A stretch of DNA of 64,000 nucleotides from IMG/VR virus record IMGVR_UViG_3300047321_000238, positions 1 to 64,000 of that record, one strand, 5' to 3'. The notes below the pieces were generated by a model that was given only the letters and a program-made list of their open reading frames with translations, made no database searches and had not been told where the DNA came from. A program made the translations under genes and the position numbers. Below are positions 21,801-30,985 of the stretch, piece after piece. Within the stretch, counting starts at the first letter, position 1. Each line of letters opens with the position of its first letter.

Positions 21801-24800
21801 ATTCACTCATTGAAGGCATAGACTTAGCTTTATAATCCATTGGTGTAAAGCCAGCTGGATCAACTCTAATAACTCTGTTTCCAGGTGCTTGTGCTTTGAT
21901 GTCGTTGTTTCTATTAGCTATTATTGATCTAACATCTAACAACGTACCGCTAAGTTCTGATTGATGCATTCTTCTTATAGGCTTTATTAATTGACCTATA
22001 GTAGGATTTAATACTGCTCCCCATGGAGTTTCTTCTTCGAATAACGAGCCTGTTACAGGATATGGTCTATCCCAATAATGTTTTTCTTCAAGCCAATAAG
22101 GATTAGCTAAATATCTTAATGGAGATAATGGATGTCGAAGAGTAGGAATTAAACTGTGTTTCCATTTCTCATCTTCTGAACCATATAGAGAAACATCTTT
22201 ATAATGACTATATGCTTGTCTTATTTTATTTGGTTCATAGTAAGATACTTTTCCTCCACGGAATTCAGAAGCAGAACCGAAACTCCACCATCTACCTTTT
22301 CTAACTGGATCTTCACCATTCTCTAAATAATCAAGATATTCATCTTTATCTTTATAGTCTCCAAGCCAGTAATTAGTAATAGGATTATACATTCTAGAAC
22401 GTCTATGATTGTCAGCCATTCCAGTTACTTGAGCAAATGTTTTAACTCCTACTCCAAAATTAGCTCTGAAGTTATAGTAGTCTTGAACAAAAGAAGTACC
22501 AGTTAAGTTTTCAGCTTCAAAGTTTAAATAACTAGCAGCATAACCTATTCCCATTATAGGCAGTATTCTTTTAAGTCCTAAGAATTTAATTTGATCTAGT
22601 ACACTTCCAGTGTTAGCTTTTGATGCACCTAATCCAAACTTCTCCATTGGAGTTATAAGTCTGTTAAGCATATGGTATGGTAAGAATGTAGCAGTAGTTA
22701 TATCTTTAACATTATTTCTTCCAGCAAAGAATTGTTTACCAAATCCCCTAGCTGCTGCAGCTGCTTTAGTAGAATCATTTAAGCTTTTAATAACATCAAG
22801 AGCTGATATAGATTTTCTCATTGTAACCCATTGATTATTTCTATGACCTTTTTGTATTGAGTTATCTTCTTCTATTACAACGTCTTTTCTCCAACTAGAA
22901 TTACTCTTTATGAAAGAATTGATTCCTGTTCTAAATTCGCTTAAGAACATATCTGTTTGAGCATTCTCAGAACTACCTTTTATTATATGACCAAAGTGTG
23001 ACATGATAGATTGTTTTTTTAGTCTATCTTGAACCTCATGTTGTGCTGAAGAGAATGATGCAGTTTCTTGTTGAAGAATACCCCAATTGAATATATTCTT
23101 CAGATTCTTTCTATCTGCTCCAGTGATATTCATCTTGCTTATTTTACTATAACTTATAGAATATCCTTGAACAAAATTTCCAATATAACTATTCTGATGT
23201 GCAGAATCTCTTAATAAAGCTTCTTTTACTACTTCTCTTTTAAGTAAATCGTTATATTTAAGAATGTTCATTCCATTCTTGTCACCAAGGTTTCCAATTT
23301 GAGCTATAGTATTTATTGAAGATATATTCTTCTTATACTTATTAACTAGAGACTTTAGATCACGATTCATAAATTCATCGTATTCATTTTCTATTAAATG
23401 GCCTGCAATATTATCATGGTTTAATGAGCTTAATACCATTCTTGCATGAGGGCCCAATGTCTTTTGTAATTCATTAATTGTATTTTTAGAAGGAGCGAAT
23501 GTTCTATGATTATATAAACGATTAACTTGATTTACATCTTTACCAAACTTCATCGCTGCTTCTTCATCTATCTTTGCATAAGTATCGTGACTAAACAATC
23601 TTTTAGGTACATTACCAACCCAACTCGAACCTTCACTAAACTTACTAAAGAATCCTCTGAACCTTTCAAGTTCATTTGTTCCTGTTGTATTAAAGTCTAA
23701 CCATTTAAGAGTCTTGTTGTCTTGAACTTTAGTGTCAAAGTTACCTTGTATTCTATTGTTCATTACATTGAAAGAACCATGTCTTCCAGACATAAGATAT
23801 AAATTGTCAGCTTCTTTTACATGCACTAAGTCACCATTATTATATTGGAATATTTTATTTCCTATTTTAAAATGGTCGAATCCTAACATTCCACTTTGTG
23901 ATCCAGTTAGATTTCCTAATACTGAATCAAAAGAACCTTGTGGTAAGTAGAAGAAATCTGGTGCTTTCTTATTGTCTATAAAACTTCTAGCAGAAAATAG
24001 TTTACCAGCGATTGTATCAGCAAACTCTTCTTTAACTTTGTAGCTTAAATCATTAATAGCTTTTGTAGAATAAAGTTCTCCATTTTTATTTACTCTTAGA
24101 GTAGCATTATCGATAACCATATCATTAAATCTATTATCATGTTGAACTAAAGCATGTAATGTATCAATAATATTATCATGACTTCCTTCAAACAGTTCAG
24201 AGTTCTTTATACTTGTTGTTTTGTTATCTACTCCGCTTAACAAGTCTCCAACAGTGGCTGCTCTATCTAAAGTATTTTTAAAGAATGTATCTTTCTTATT
24301 AGTATACTTATCTATAAGCTCTTCTTTATACGTATTTAATAATTGACCTTTAAATTTATCTTGATACTCAGTACTAAACTCTTCTTCTAATCTTTTAGAG
24401 TTATTTAAAGCTTGTTCCATAACATTCATGATGTCATCTTTATGCTCTTCTAAGATAGAACCATTAATCCTATCTTCAAATTCTGATCTGACCAAACTAG
24501 TTCCTTCGGCAGATTCTTGTAGATAAGTACTCTTTTTATTTAAACTCTCATCAACCATTTTGGTTAACTCTGAAAAGAACTCTCCTGAATTTGCTTTTGC
24601 ATTTTCATTTAGTTTTATATTATCAGTAAGAGATGTCATTACATGATTCTTTTGAACAGCATCAAACATTTCATCAGCTAAGTATGTTCCATCAGTTTTT
24701 AGTTTATTATAATGAAGTGCAGAAGATAATAATCCTCTACTATAATCAAGCTCTATACCTGTTTCTCTTCTAGTTGCATTCCAAGTGCTATCATCATTTA

Positions 24801-25035
24801 AAACATTCTTCTTAATGATACCACCTATTGCTTCATAGTCTAAATCTTTAAACGCCTTAGTAGATAAATCATCAGATACTTTGCTTATAGTTGTGCCTAA
24901 GTCTCCTATTGCTTTAGATAGGTATTTCATATTACCAGAATCTTTTAAGGCAAATGCACCTGCAGTAATGCCAGCTACAGCTAAACCTATATTTTTCAAT
25001 CTACTTGATCTTTCATCGTTGTCTGCATATTTCAA
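18850..25035 (-). CDS. Giant virion protein (about 2060 aa), positionally the tape-measure or an ejected protein; degenerate SNase-like domain
   Basis: Follows the two tail-chaperone genes; several Gly/Ala hydrophobic segments; likely TTG start at 25035 behind GGAGGTGA (ORF track starts at 25050). Confidence 0.55.
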   Translation of the reverse strand: MKYADNDERSSRLKNIGLAVAGITAGAFALKDSGNMKYLSKAIGDLGTTISKVSDDLSTKAFKDLDYEAIGGIIKKNVLNDDSTWNATRRETGIELDYSRGLLSSALHYNKLKTDGTYLADEMFDAVQKNHVMTSLTDNIKLNENAKANSGEFFSELTKMVDESLNKKSTYLQESAEGTSLVRSEFEDRINGSILEEHKDDIMNVMEQALNNSKRLEEEFSTEYQDKFKGQLLNTYKEELIDKYTNKKDTFFKNTLDRAATVGDLLSGVDNKTTSIKNSELFEGSHDNIIDTLHALVQHDNRFNDMVIDNATLRVNKNGELYSTKAINDLSYKVKEEFADTIAGKLFSARSFIDNKKAPDFFYLPQGSFDSVLGNLTGSQSGMLGFDHFKIGNKIFQYNNGDLVHVKEADNLYLMSGRHGSFNVMNNRIQGNFDTKVQDNKTLKWLDFNTTGTNELERFRGFFSKFSEGSSWVGNVPKRLFSHDTYAKIDEEAAMKFGKDVNQVNRLYNHRTFAPSKNTINELQKTLGPHARMVLSSLNHDNIAGHLIENEYDEFMNRDLKSLVNKYKKNISSINTIAQIGNLGDKNGMNILKYNDLLKREVVKEALLRDSAHQNSYIGNFVQGYSISYSKISKMNITGADRKNLKNIFNWGILQQETASFSSAQHEVQDRLKKQSIMSHFGHIIKGSSENAQTDMFLSEFRTGINSFIKSNSSWRKDVVIEEDNSIQKGHRNNQWVTMRKSISALDVIKSLNDSTKAAAAARGFGKQFFAGRNNVKDITTATFLPYHMLNRLITPMEKFGLGASKANTGSVLDQIKFLGLKRILPIMGIGYAASYLNFEAENLTGTSFVQDYYNFRANFGVGVKTFAQVTGMADNHRRSRMYNPITNYWLGDYKDKDEYLDYLENGEDPVRKGRWWSFGSASEFRGGKVSYYEPNKIRQAYSHYKDVSLYGSEDEKWKHSLIPTLRHPLSPLRYLANPYWLEEKHYWDRPYPVTGSLFEEETPWGAVLNPTIGQLIKPIRRMHQSELSGTLLDVRSIIANRNNDIKAQAPGNRVIRVDPAGFTPMDYKAKSMPSMSESVYSLKFNSRGKVTSAGFDGERYPETLAGVDHTVVPVIRGGGSGTQVQYVNVNQEPSGVISDMLTSGLSRLVTSGLTTGSTAMSLIAGVNQGIKTRGNNANEFQDNGVINENTKLQNIPFTMAAANAKDKYLNDIHVNEIGSKSDYVSSIMYSAKQLSGMYGFLADSMLPASHGYQLEKAGQMNSFVRGFWDEGVGGMGGDFMEIARRFFPHENHDIEQVNPLRNTMPLWMPERYQTGDPYTKVTKGEARLPGAGYETLNKLHPDSYGRYGAFDRYKILADISPGSDEYKTWKKIAKETSLTPQMKTEMAQIEKRVKVQSSDHKFYNYQFAGKKMETRHAVINTVANAGGFTVVGSDEQYTLAGVKPLNDENKKSYIHEYLKPGMIVELQYENNKFRQRDNTGSISALVNVGAESISKKMWEEKKAKEKYSQDTLADQLFAAGDSNKMMGPIFERIAHAQIPYLHNKYLRIDDPMESYKKEQVYGTNYSTWGHPIKGFIMPTLQTGWSKGLGVQALGLASWYWSNQARAKGLEGKAKWASHALFAFTNPYALTGGIIGAIPRMNWGSKASVWNSKNGANISATIGFLGYGFAHLNNPIASAANFGMAGFAVARQLKVPANKFPGLANALKIAEKEGETIGGGKGAIAGAVIGVGLSAIKNPSFNYHEMFGKYIPKNTKKKWELEEYFDRLEYMKYMGLYNKAARLSKRKDGVNIAAIVNKFEYNQKKNQKAILRLQKQKERVDKYTIDAKVKKQLDYNISNAIYKLQTPEQYYKMGKYTKAALAYKKAADTTIYGLTNNSSAADVLRALPKYDRDYFLEFAKEKDPRARKKILKMISPYKQKALKVLWGEKVDKAKSNKSFFSNHNLPNMFWAGWRPDENLENIKMKTIENEGMLLSDFGMYDSNKNEPAYQKAPEIKDIHNGPSPLALQRDMLGLLNGVGLHSVDVSVEPTSASGLQVITNIGRVTQYNLNQKVQNALYKLF

Positions 25036-25109
25036 TAATTTCACCTCCAAAAAAAAGATAATAATAAAAGCTTGTTAACTTCTATTACTATCTCTTTTAA
25101 TCTCTATAA

Positions 25110-25895
25110 CTATCGACCAACTCTTAAAGCTGGCGAAACTACATCTAATGAATCAACCATTCCACTTTCACCTTCTGTTGCTATTGTATCAGCATCCCAA
25201 TTAATTTCAGGGAACTTCTTTTTCATCTCAGCAAGTTTTTCAGGTGTTAATGCTTCTTTCTTTTTAGTAGTTTTCACTTCTTTAGGTTGATTTTCACTCG
25301 CCTTCACATTGGAGGTGAGTGCTTCTTGTTGCTCTGAAGCCGCTTGCCCACTAGCTTCTTGTTGTTGAAGCAAGTCATAATTAAATTCCATACCTCTTAA
25401 ATTTTGAAGTTTCCATTCAGCTCTAGATAAATATTTAGATGTTCTTTCTACATCCCAATTCTCTATATCTTCAATATCGTATTGAGGAAAAGCTTCATTT
25501 ATTAAGCATGGGATTTGATTCTGCAAATCAAACATTTCAGATCTATAGTAATCCATTATTGCAGTTCTGCTTTCCAAGTCTGCTAAGAAGGAGTTTTCCA
25601 TAATAGTTGTAAATAATCTATTACCAATTCCAGCAGGTAGATCATCTATATCTATAGTTTTAGAATCAGGATAAAGTAAGCATTTAACCATTACTTCATC
25701 CTCTTTATCCATAGTAGATAATGATTCATTTTCAGATATATCTTTATAATCTTTTCTTCCTAGTGGTTTGTATATATAGATTTCACCATCTAAATGTATC
25801 CAATAGACAGTCCTGTACTTAGCTTTTAATTCTTCTATCAATTCAATGATATCTACACTTTGTTCAACTAAACCTCTATCGTTTGTAAGTTTCAT
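25110..25895 (-). CDS. Probable tail assembly chaperone (long)
   Basis: Lies between tube genes and the tape-measure-like gene; YKPLGRKDYKDI...LLYP resembles the neighbouring ORF; own RBS GAGGGTGA. Confidence 0.5.
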   Translation of the reverse strand: MKLTNDRGLVEQSVDIIELIEELKAKYRTVYWIHLDGEIYIYKPLGRKDYKDISENESLSTMDKEDEVMVKCLLYPDSKTIDIDDLPAGIGNRLFTTIMENSFLADLESRTAIMDYYRSEMFDLQNQIPCLINEAFPQYDIEDIENWDVERTSKYLSRAEWKLQNLRGMEFNYDLLQQQEASGQAASEQQEALTSNVKASENQPKEVKTTKKKEALTPEKLAEMKKKFPEINWDADTIATEGESGMVDSLDVVSPALRVGR

Positions 25896-25908
25896 TTAGA
25901 TCACCCTC

Positions 25909-26340
25909 TTATAAAGATTCAGTTGCTGATATTTCAAATCCTGAATATTTTAAAATTTCTTCAGATAATACTGTAGCTAGTCCAGCTCTTGAATCGATTA
26001 AGTCACTTGCGTTAGCAGGATATAGTATAGCCATTTTAGCTATAGCTTCTTGCTTTGCTAAGATTTCAACTTCTTCATCTGCATCTAATAATTGTTTGTA
26101 TTCTTTTCTCTTTATTGGCCTCCAGATTACAAACTCATCGTCATCAACAGTGTTTTTGAATACCTTACCGTATAGTGCTTTCCATTCAGGAATTAATTGC
26201 TCTAAGTTTTCTGCAGTAACAGGTGTTGCTACAGGTGCTTTCTTGTCTTTTAAGATAGGCAATTTTGCTGGTGCTTCTGGTATCACCTTTTCAATTTTTG
26301 TTTCTACTTCTGTGTTTTCAATTGTATCATTAAGTTTCAT
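25909..26340 (-). CDS. Probable tail assembly chaperone (short)
   Basis: WRPIKRKEYKQL...ILYP; acidic; position. Confidence 0.5.
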   Translation of the reverse strand: MKLNDTIENTEVETKIEKVIPEAPAKLPILKDKKAPVATPVTAENLEQLIPEWKALYGKVFKNTVDDDEFVIWRPIKRKEYKQLLDADEEVEILAKQEAIAKMAILYPANASDLIDSRAGLATVLSEEILKYSGFEISATESL

Positions 26341-26417
26341 TTTTTATTCCTCCTAGATTTTATTTGCTTTCATCATAATTTGATTACTATATTTAATCGT
26401 TGATATAACATACTATT

Positions 26418-27467
26418 CTATTTTTTTATTTTAAATTCTATAGTATATTGTTGTTGAACTACTTGTCCCTTAGTAGCTCCTGTCGTAGCTTTACTATTAT
26501 ATTTACATATGACTATTCCAAGCATAGTTGATTTAGTTGAGCATTCTTTATTAAATGCAGTTACAAAGTCTGGACTGACTGAATATATTAACCTAGTACT
26601 ATCAATAACAGTTAATTTCATTAATGTTGAAATTAATTTATTTGTGTAAGTTCCTGATAACTGTAAAGTACCTTCAGTGAATATTACTTTTTCGTCAGAA
26701 GTCATAGTTATTAAATTAGAAGCAGGATCTATTGTTCCTGTTATAGTAATGTAAGATGTATTAGTAGCAGTAGTTATCAAATTCTCACTAGTGACACTTG
26801 AAGGATTAGCTTCAGCAGCATCTGAAAAGGCTTCTTTAACATCCCTTGCTATAAATGAATACATCTCTTGTACAGGATCACCATTATAATCTAATTGAAT
26901 ACTTGAACCAGTGATTTGCACAGTATCTAAAACAAGATAAGTTCCATACATACCTTTTGCTCCAGATAGAGCGTCTGCTTTTGTTTCACCAAATCCTACA
27001 ACTATATCAAAGCCTTTATCCCATACAGGTAAGTGAAGTCTCTTTCTAAAGTCAGAATAAAAATCACATGTGGCAGGATTGTCTTCTCCATACATTCTTC
27101 TAGACATCTTTTGAAAGTTCGTATTTGATTGCAGTTTACTTAAGAAGTTTCTCTCAGTAAAGTTAATAGCAAATTGCCCTTGAACTATTCTTGAACCTAC
27201 AGCCATATCATCAAATGTATAAGAGTTGTAACCATAGATAGGTAATGATTGTTGTTGAATAGACCATGCGATATTAGTTACTTCATCTATGAAGACATCT
27301 CCAAAGTATATCTCTGCATCCACTGCAGAGTAATACCTAGTCTTACCATTTACACTAGTTACAATAGGAGGTAGCTTTTCTAATGTTTGGCCGCTACCAC
27401 TTCTAGTATTATCCCATCCTTGATAAGTAGTGCCATTCTTAGTGTTCTTATTGTTATATTGATACAT
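26418..27467 (-). CDS. Tail-tube-fold structural protein (baseplate/tube initiator-like)
   Basis: YSAVDAEIYF...PIYGYNSY...GSRIVQGQFAINF...FDIVV...YSFIARD aligns with the tube protein at 30271-30927. Confidence 0.55.
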   Translation of the reverse strand: MYQYNNKNTKNGTTYQGWDNTRSGSGQTLEKLPPIVTSVNGKTRYYSAVDAEIYFGDVFIDEVTNIAWSIQQQSLPIYGYNSYTFDDMAVGSRIVQGQFAINFTERNFLSKLQSNTNFQKMSRRMYGEDNPATCDFYSDFRKRLHLPVWDKGFDIVVGFGETKADALSGAKGMYGTYLVLDTVQITGSSIQLDYNGDPVQEMYSFIARDVKEAFSDAAEANPSSVTSENLITTATNTSYITITGTIDPASNLITMTSDEKVIFTEGTLQLSGTYTNKLISTLMKLTVIDSTRLIYSVSPDFVTAFNKECSTKSTMLGIVICKYNSKATTGATKGQVVQQQYTIEFKIKK

Positions 27468-30190
27468 TATAGCACCTCCATGTATTTCTCATTTTTATTT
27501 ATAATTAATATATTTGATTTGCTATTAAGTGAATTTTCTATTGCAACAATTATTACAATGTTTGATTGATAGTTATTCAATTGTATTGCGTTAGAATTTT
27601 CTAAATTAATATTCAATATTTGATCCAAATCATAAATCAATATTGTTCCTGTTTTAGAACTATCAAATGATATTGTACTTGTGTTGTAATTTATATTGTT
27701 AATGAATGAGTTATCTATATCACTAAATATTCCAATGTATTTCTTTATACTATATAAGAAGTTAAGTAAATTAACTTTAGGTATTACATTGGTGCTTAAA
27801 ATATCTATTACAGCAGAAACTATTTCATTGATTGTTATATCCTCATTATTCTCTATAGTACCTAATATGACATCTTGAATATCTACTGGCAATTCCTTTT
27901 TAGCTATTGTATTAATAATTTCTATAAAGTCTTTTGATTCATACTTAGTTATATTATCCACTGGATCAGTTCCAGGGATGTATACGAAAGTAGTCACGTT
28001 TGATAATTGCACGCCTTCAGAATTCTCTATCCATAATGCATAAGCAGCATTCTCTTTTATACCATTAGATAATGGAGATATAGTAATTGCCGTATCTTTA
28101 CTTGAAAAAGGAACTTTATAAATATCATTGTTATTTACTATATCATTATAAGTAGCGATTGCTAAATAAAACGTAGTATCATTATTAGTTATATTATTTA
28201 AGAAGGTTTGTACTATTACATCTGTATCTATAGATAGTATAGTTGGAGCAGTTATCTTATCGTTAGATATCTTTTTTGCATTAACAAGAAAAGCTCTTTG
28301 TTGTTCTATAGTTGAAATAGTATCTTCTAAATCATTATCAACAGTAGCATTCAATTTAGATATAGTACTAGCAGACATAGTATCTTTTATTATATCTTTA
28401 TTAATATATGCTTCTTTTTCTTTAGCAGTCATTACATAGAATTCTACTTTAGTTGATCTTACATTGCTTATAATTGCTTGCACGTAATGTTTTACTCCTG
28501 GCTTACCTATAAACTTAAAGCAATTAGTTTTGCCATTTATAGTTTTAAAGTTATAAGAACTTATAGTAGCCGCATATTGTTCTATACTATCGTAGTCTCT
28601 AAAGAACTCTGCACTAGTAATGTTCTCATCAAATTGAAAAATGTTGTCATAATTCTCATCTAAATAGAATGTCGGTGCTGGAACGTTGAGACTTTTATTA
28701 ATAGCTGAAACTGTATTATTGTTCATCTTAATTGAAACAGTAAGTATTAAGCTACTCATAAGTATCTTCTTTTCCAGTGCTAGTTTATCTTCTTTATAAG
28801 TAGAACTTCCTAAATCTAAAACAGCTAATGCATTTGTATAATTAGATTTAGCTTTTGATATTGCTTCACTAGGAGTTAAATCTGGATCTTCGTTATCTTC
28901 TACTAAGTTAACATAATCACTAATACTATCTTCTATAGATAAGACTTTCTTATTAGCTTTTAAATAACTAATCAAATCTTCGTATGCTTCATAATCACCT
29001 AAAGTTTTAAATGAAATAGTTTTAGAACTATCGTTGTCATCGCTATTATAAGTTCTTACATTGTAAGTTGAGTTTGGATCCAGGTTCTTTATCTTAGCTT
29101 TTTTGTTAGTTATATTATAAGAATCTAAATCGCCATTAGCCAAAGTACTTAGTAATACTTTATTGTGCTTTGAGTTACTTGTAGAAATAGTAACAGATGT
29201 AGAAGTTAACTTATCAATAACTGGAGTCATAGTTACGCTTGTGCTTGATTTTCTATACTTCTTAATTACAAACTTAACTGTATTTGATTTCTTATCAGAA
29301 TCATTAATAAAGTAAGCTGTGTAAGTACCTGGATAGAATATTGAAGATACATAAGTTACTAAAGAATCTCCCGCTTTTATTTTAATCTTTGTTTCTTCAT
29401 CATCTGCATCCGTTACATATATTGTTCCACTTTGTTGTGCTGGACTTAAGAAGAAATCAACAATACCTTTATTATTTGCTCTCGTTGGTTGCTTTGCAGA
29501 AACTGTTAACGTAACTGGTTCTGATGATAGTTTATTCAAATAGTCTGTTGTAGTTGTATCTAGTGCCGCATTATAAAAGACATTTGGAGAATCTGTATTT
29601 ATATAATCTATTGTATCAGTAAGCTTATATAATTTTTCATTTGCACTCCTTGTGTATTCCATTTCATCAGTAAGGTATGCTAAATCAGTAGCAAAGAACT
29701 GATAAGTATTTTCTGTAAATACATCATTAATAGACATTACTTGCCCTTCATTAAGCAATCTAATTCCGTATATAGCTAATTTAGATCTATAACCATATTC
29801 ATTAGCTGCAGATATTATTATATCGAAAGGAGGTAATTCATCTACTAGATATACAGTACCTGCTGTGTGATTTTTATTTATGTTTTCAATAAGATCTTGA
29901 GAAAAATGTTTATTAAAAACAGAGAAAACTAATGAACCTGCGATTGTTCTAGGGCCCATAACATAATCTTTAGCATTAACATTTCCTATACTTCTTATTG
30001 GTCTTTTCTCCATATGTATAGAATATGATACTGTTTGTAGTTCACCTACGACTTTATTATAAGTTTTCATTTCTGTTGATTTTGTATCTTGGTTGTATAC
30101 TGCATTTGATATTGAGATGGAAGCTACCATGTCGCAACCAGAAAAAGTTTCATTACTATATTTATAAGTTTGTGTATTTTCTTGTGCCAT
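27467..30190 (-). CDS. Tail-tube-like N-terminal domain fused to beta-sandwich/FN3-like extension (907 aa)
   Basis: FSGCDMVA, VGELQTVSYS, RTIAGSLVFSVFN and DELPPFDIIISAANEYG closely match the tube protein; NLDPNSTYNVR is FN3-like. Confidence 0.6.
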   Translation of the reverse strand: MAQENTQTYKYSNETFSGCDMVASISISNAVYNQDTKSTEMKTYNKVVGELQTVSYSIHMEKRPIRSIGNVNAKDYVMGPRTIAGSLVFSVFNKHFSQDLIENINKNHTAGTVYLVDELPPFDIIISAANEYGYRSKLAIYGIRLLNEGQVMSINDVFTENTYQFFATDLAYLTDEMEYTRSANEKLYKLTDTIDYINTDSPNVFYNAALDTTTTDYLNKLSSEPVTLTVSAKQPTRANNKGIVDFFLSPAQQSGTIYVTDADDEETKIKIKAGDSLVTYVSSIFYPGTYTAYFINDSDKKSNTVKFVIKKYRKSSTSVTMTPVIDKLTSTSVTISTSNSKHNKVLLSTLANGDLDSYNITNKKAKIKNLDPNSTYNVRTYNSDDNDSSKTISFKTLGDYEAYEDLISYLKANKKVLSIEDSISDYVNLVEDNEDPDLTPSEAISKAKSNYTNALAVLDLGSSTYKEDKLALEKKILMSSLILTVSIKMNNNTVSAINKSLNVPAPTFYLDENYDNIFQFDENITSAEFFRDYDSIEQYAATISSYNFKTINGKTNCFKFIGKPGVKHYVQAIISNVRSTKVEFYVMTAKEKEAYINKDIIKDTMSASTISKLNATVDNDLEDTISTIEQQRAFLVNAKKISNDKITAPTILSIDTDVIVQTFLNNITNNDTTFYLAIATYNDIVNNNDIYKVPFSSKDTAITISPLSNGIKENAAYALWIENSEGVQLSNVTTFVYIPGTDPVDNITKYESKDFIEIINTIAKKELPVDIQDVILGTIENNEDITINEIVSAVIDILSTNVIPKVNLLNFLYSIKKYIGIFSDIDNSFINNINYNTSTISFDSSKTGTILIYDLDQILNINLENSNAIQLNNYQSNIVIIVAIENSLNSKSNILIINKNEKYMEVL

Positions 30191-30211
30191 TTAATATTCC
30201 TCCCTAAAAAA

Positions 30212-30248
30212 ATATAAGAGATGTAGCTCTTGTCCACATCTCTTATAT
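30212..30248 (-). terminator. Intrinsic terminator after tail tube gene
   Basis: atataagagatgt...acatctcttatat inverted repeat followed by a T-run on the minus strand. Confidence 0.7.
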
Positions 30249-30270
30249 ATTACAGTCTATATTCTTTTTA

Positions 30271-30927
30271 TTACCATGAAGCACTTATTGCTGAATCTTT
30301 TTCATCATCAAGAGATTTCATGTAATCAATTCTTCTAGCTACAAAAGTATAAGCTTTTTCAGTAGAAACTGAATCGATAGAATATCCTGAACCTTCGTTA
30401 AGTAATTCTACTCCATAGATAACAAGTACAGCTCTTTGGCCATATTCATTAGCAAATGTAATAGTAATATCAAATGGAAGGATTTCATCAGCATATATTG
30501 GAGTATATTTTCCAACTAAATCTGAAACCTTACCAGCAGTTGTTCCATTAGTATTAACTGTAGCGGAACCACCTGAGGCGTAACTAGACATTTGAGAGTC
30601 CCAATCTTCGATAGAAAGATATTCTCTTGAACCTTCAGATTTGAATTTTTGAATTCCTAAAGTTTCACCGCTAAGTTTTTCTTTGAATTCTTCGATTAAT
30701 GCATCTCTGTTAAACACTGTAAATACAAGTGTTCCAGCGATACCTCTCTTTCCTCTTGAGAAAGATCTTGGTTCAGCACTACCCATTGTATAAACTGGAG
30801 CCTTTTCTCTAGATACGCTGTAAGTGATACCTTGAAGTTCACCAACAACTTTACCATTAAAAGCAGCTACAATATCGCATCCACTAAAAGTAGTATAAGT
30901 TTTAGTATAAGTTTCTGTTAATGCCAT
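30271..30927 (-). CDS. Tail tube protein
   Basis: 218 aa, immediately after sheath; beta-rich tube-like motifs; strong RBS. Confidence 0.7.
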   Translation of the reverse strand: MALTETYTKTYTTFSGCDIVAAFNGKVVGELQGITYSVSREKAPVYTMGSAEPRSFSRGKRGIAGTLVFTVFNRDALIEEFKEKLSGETLGIQKFKSEGSREYLSIEDWDSQMSSYASGGSATVNTNGTTAGKVSDLVGKYTPIYADEILPFDITITFANEYGQRAVLVIYGVELLNEGSGYSIDSVSTEKAYTFVARRIDYMKSLDDEKDSAISASW

Positions 30928-30985
30928 GTCATATTCCTCCTTCTATTTTAGTTGGAGCGAATACTTTCGTATCCACCCCAAGTTA

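Noticed and set aside
25896-25920. Programmed frameshift between tail chaperone genes
   Set aside because: No clear slippery heptamer at the end of the first gene, and the second gene has its own RBS.
30248-30254. TATTACA as another late-promoter copy
   Set aside because: Mismatched and located upstream of a strong terminator hairpin on the minus strand, so not counted.
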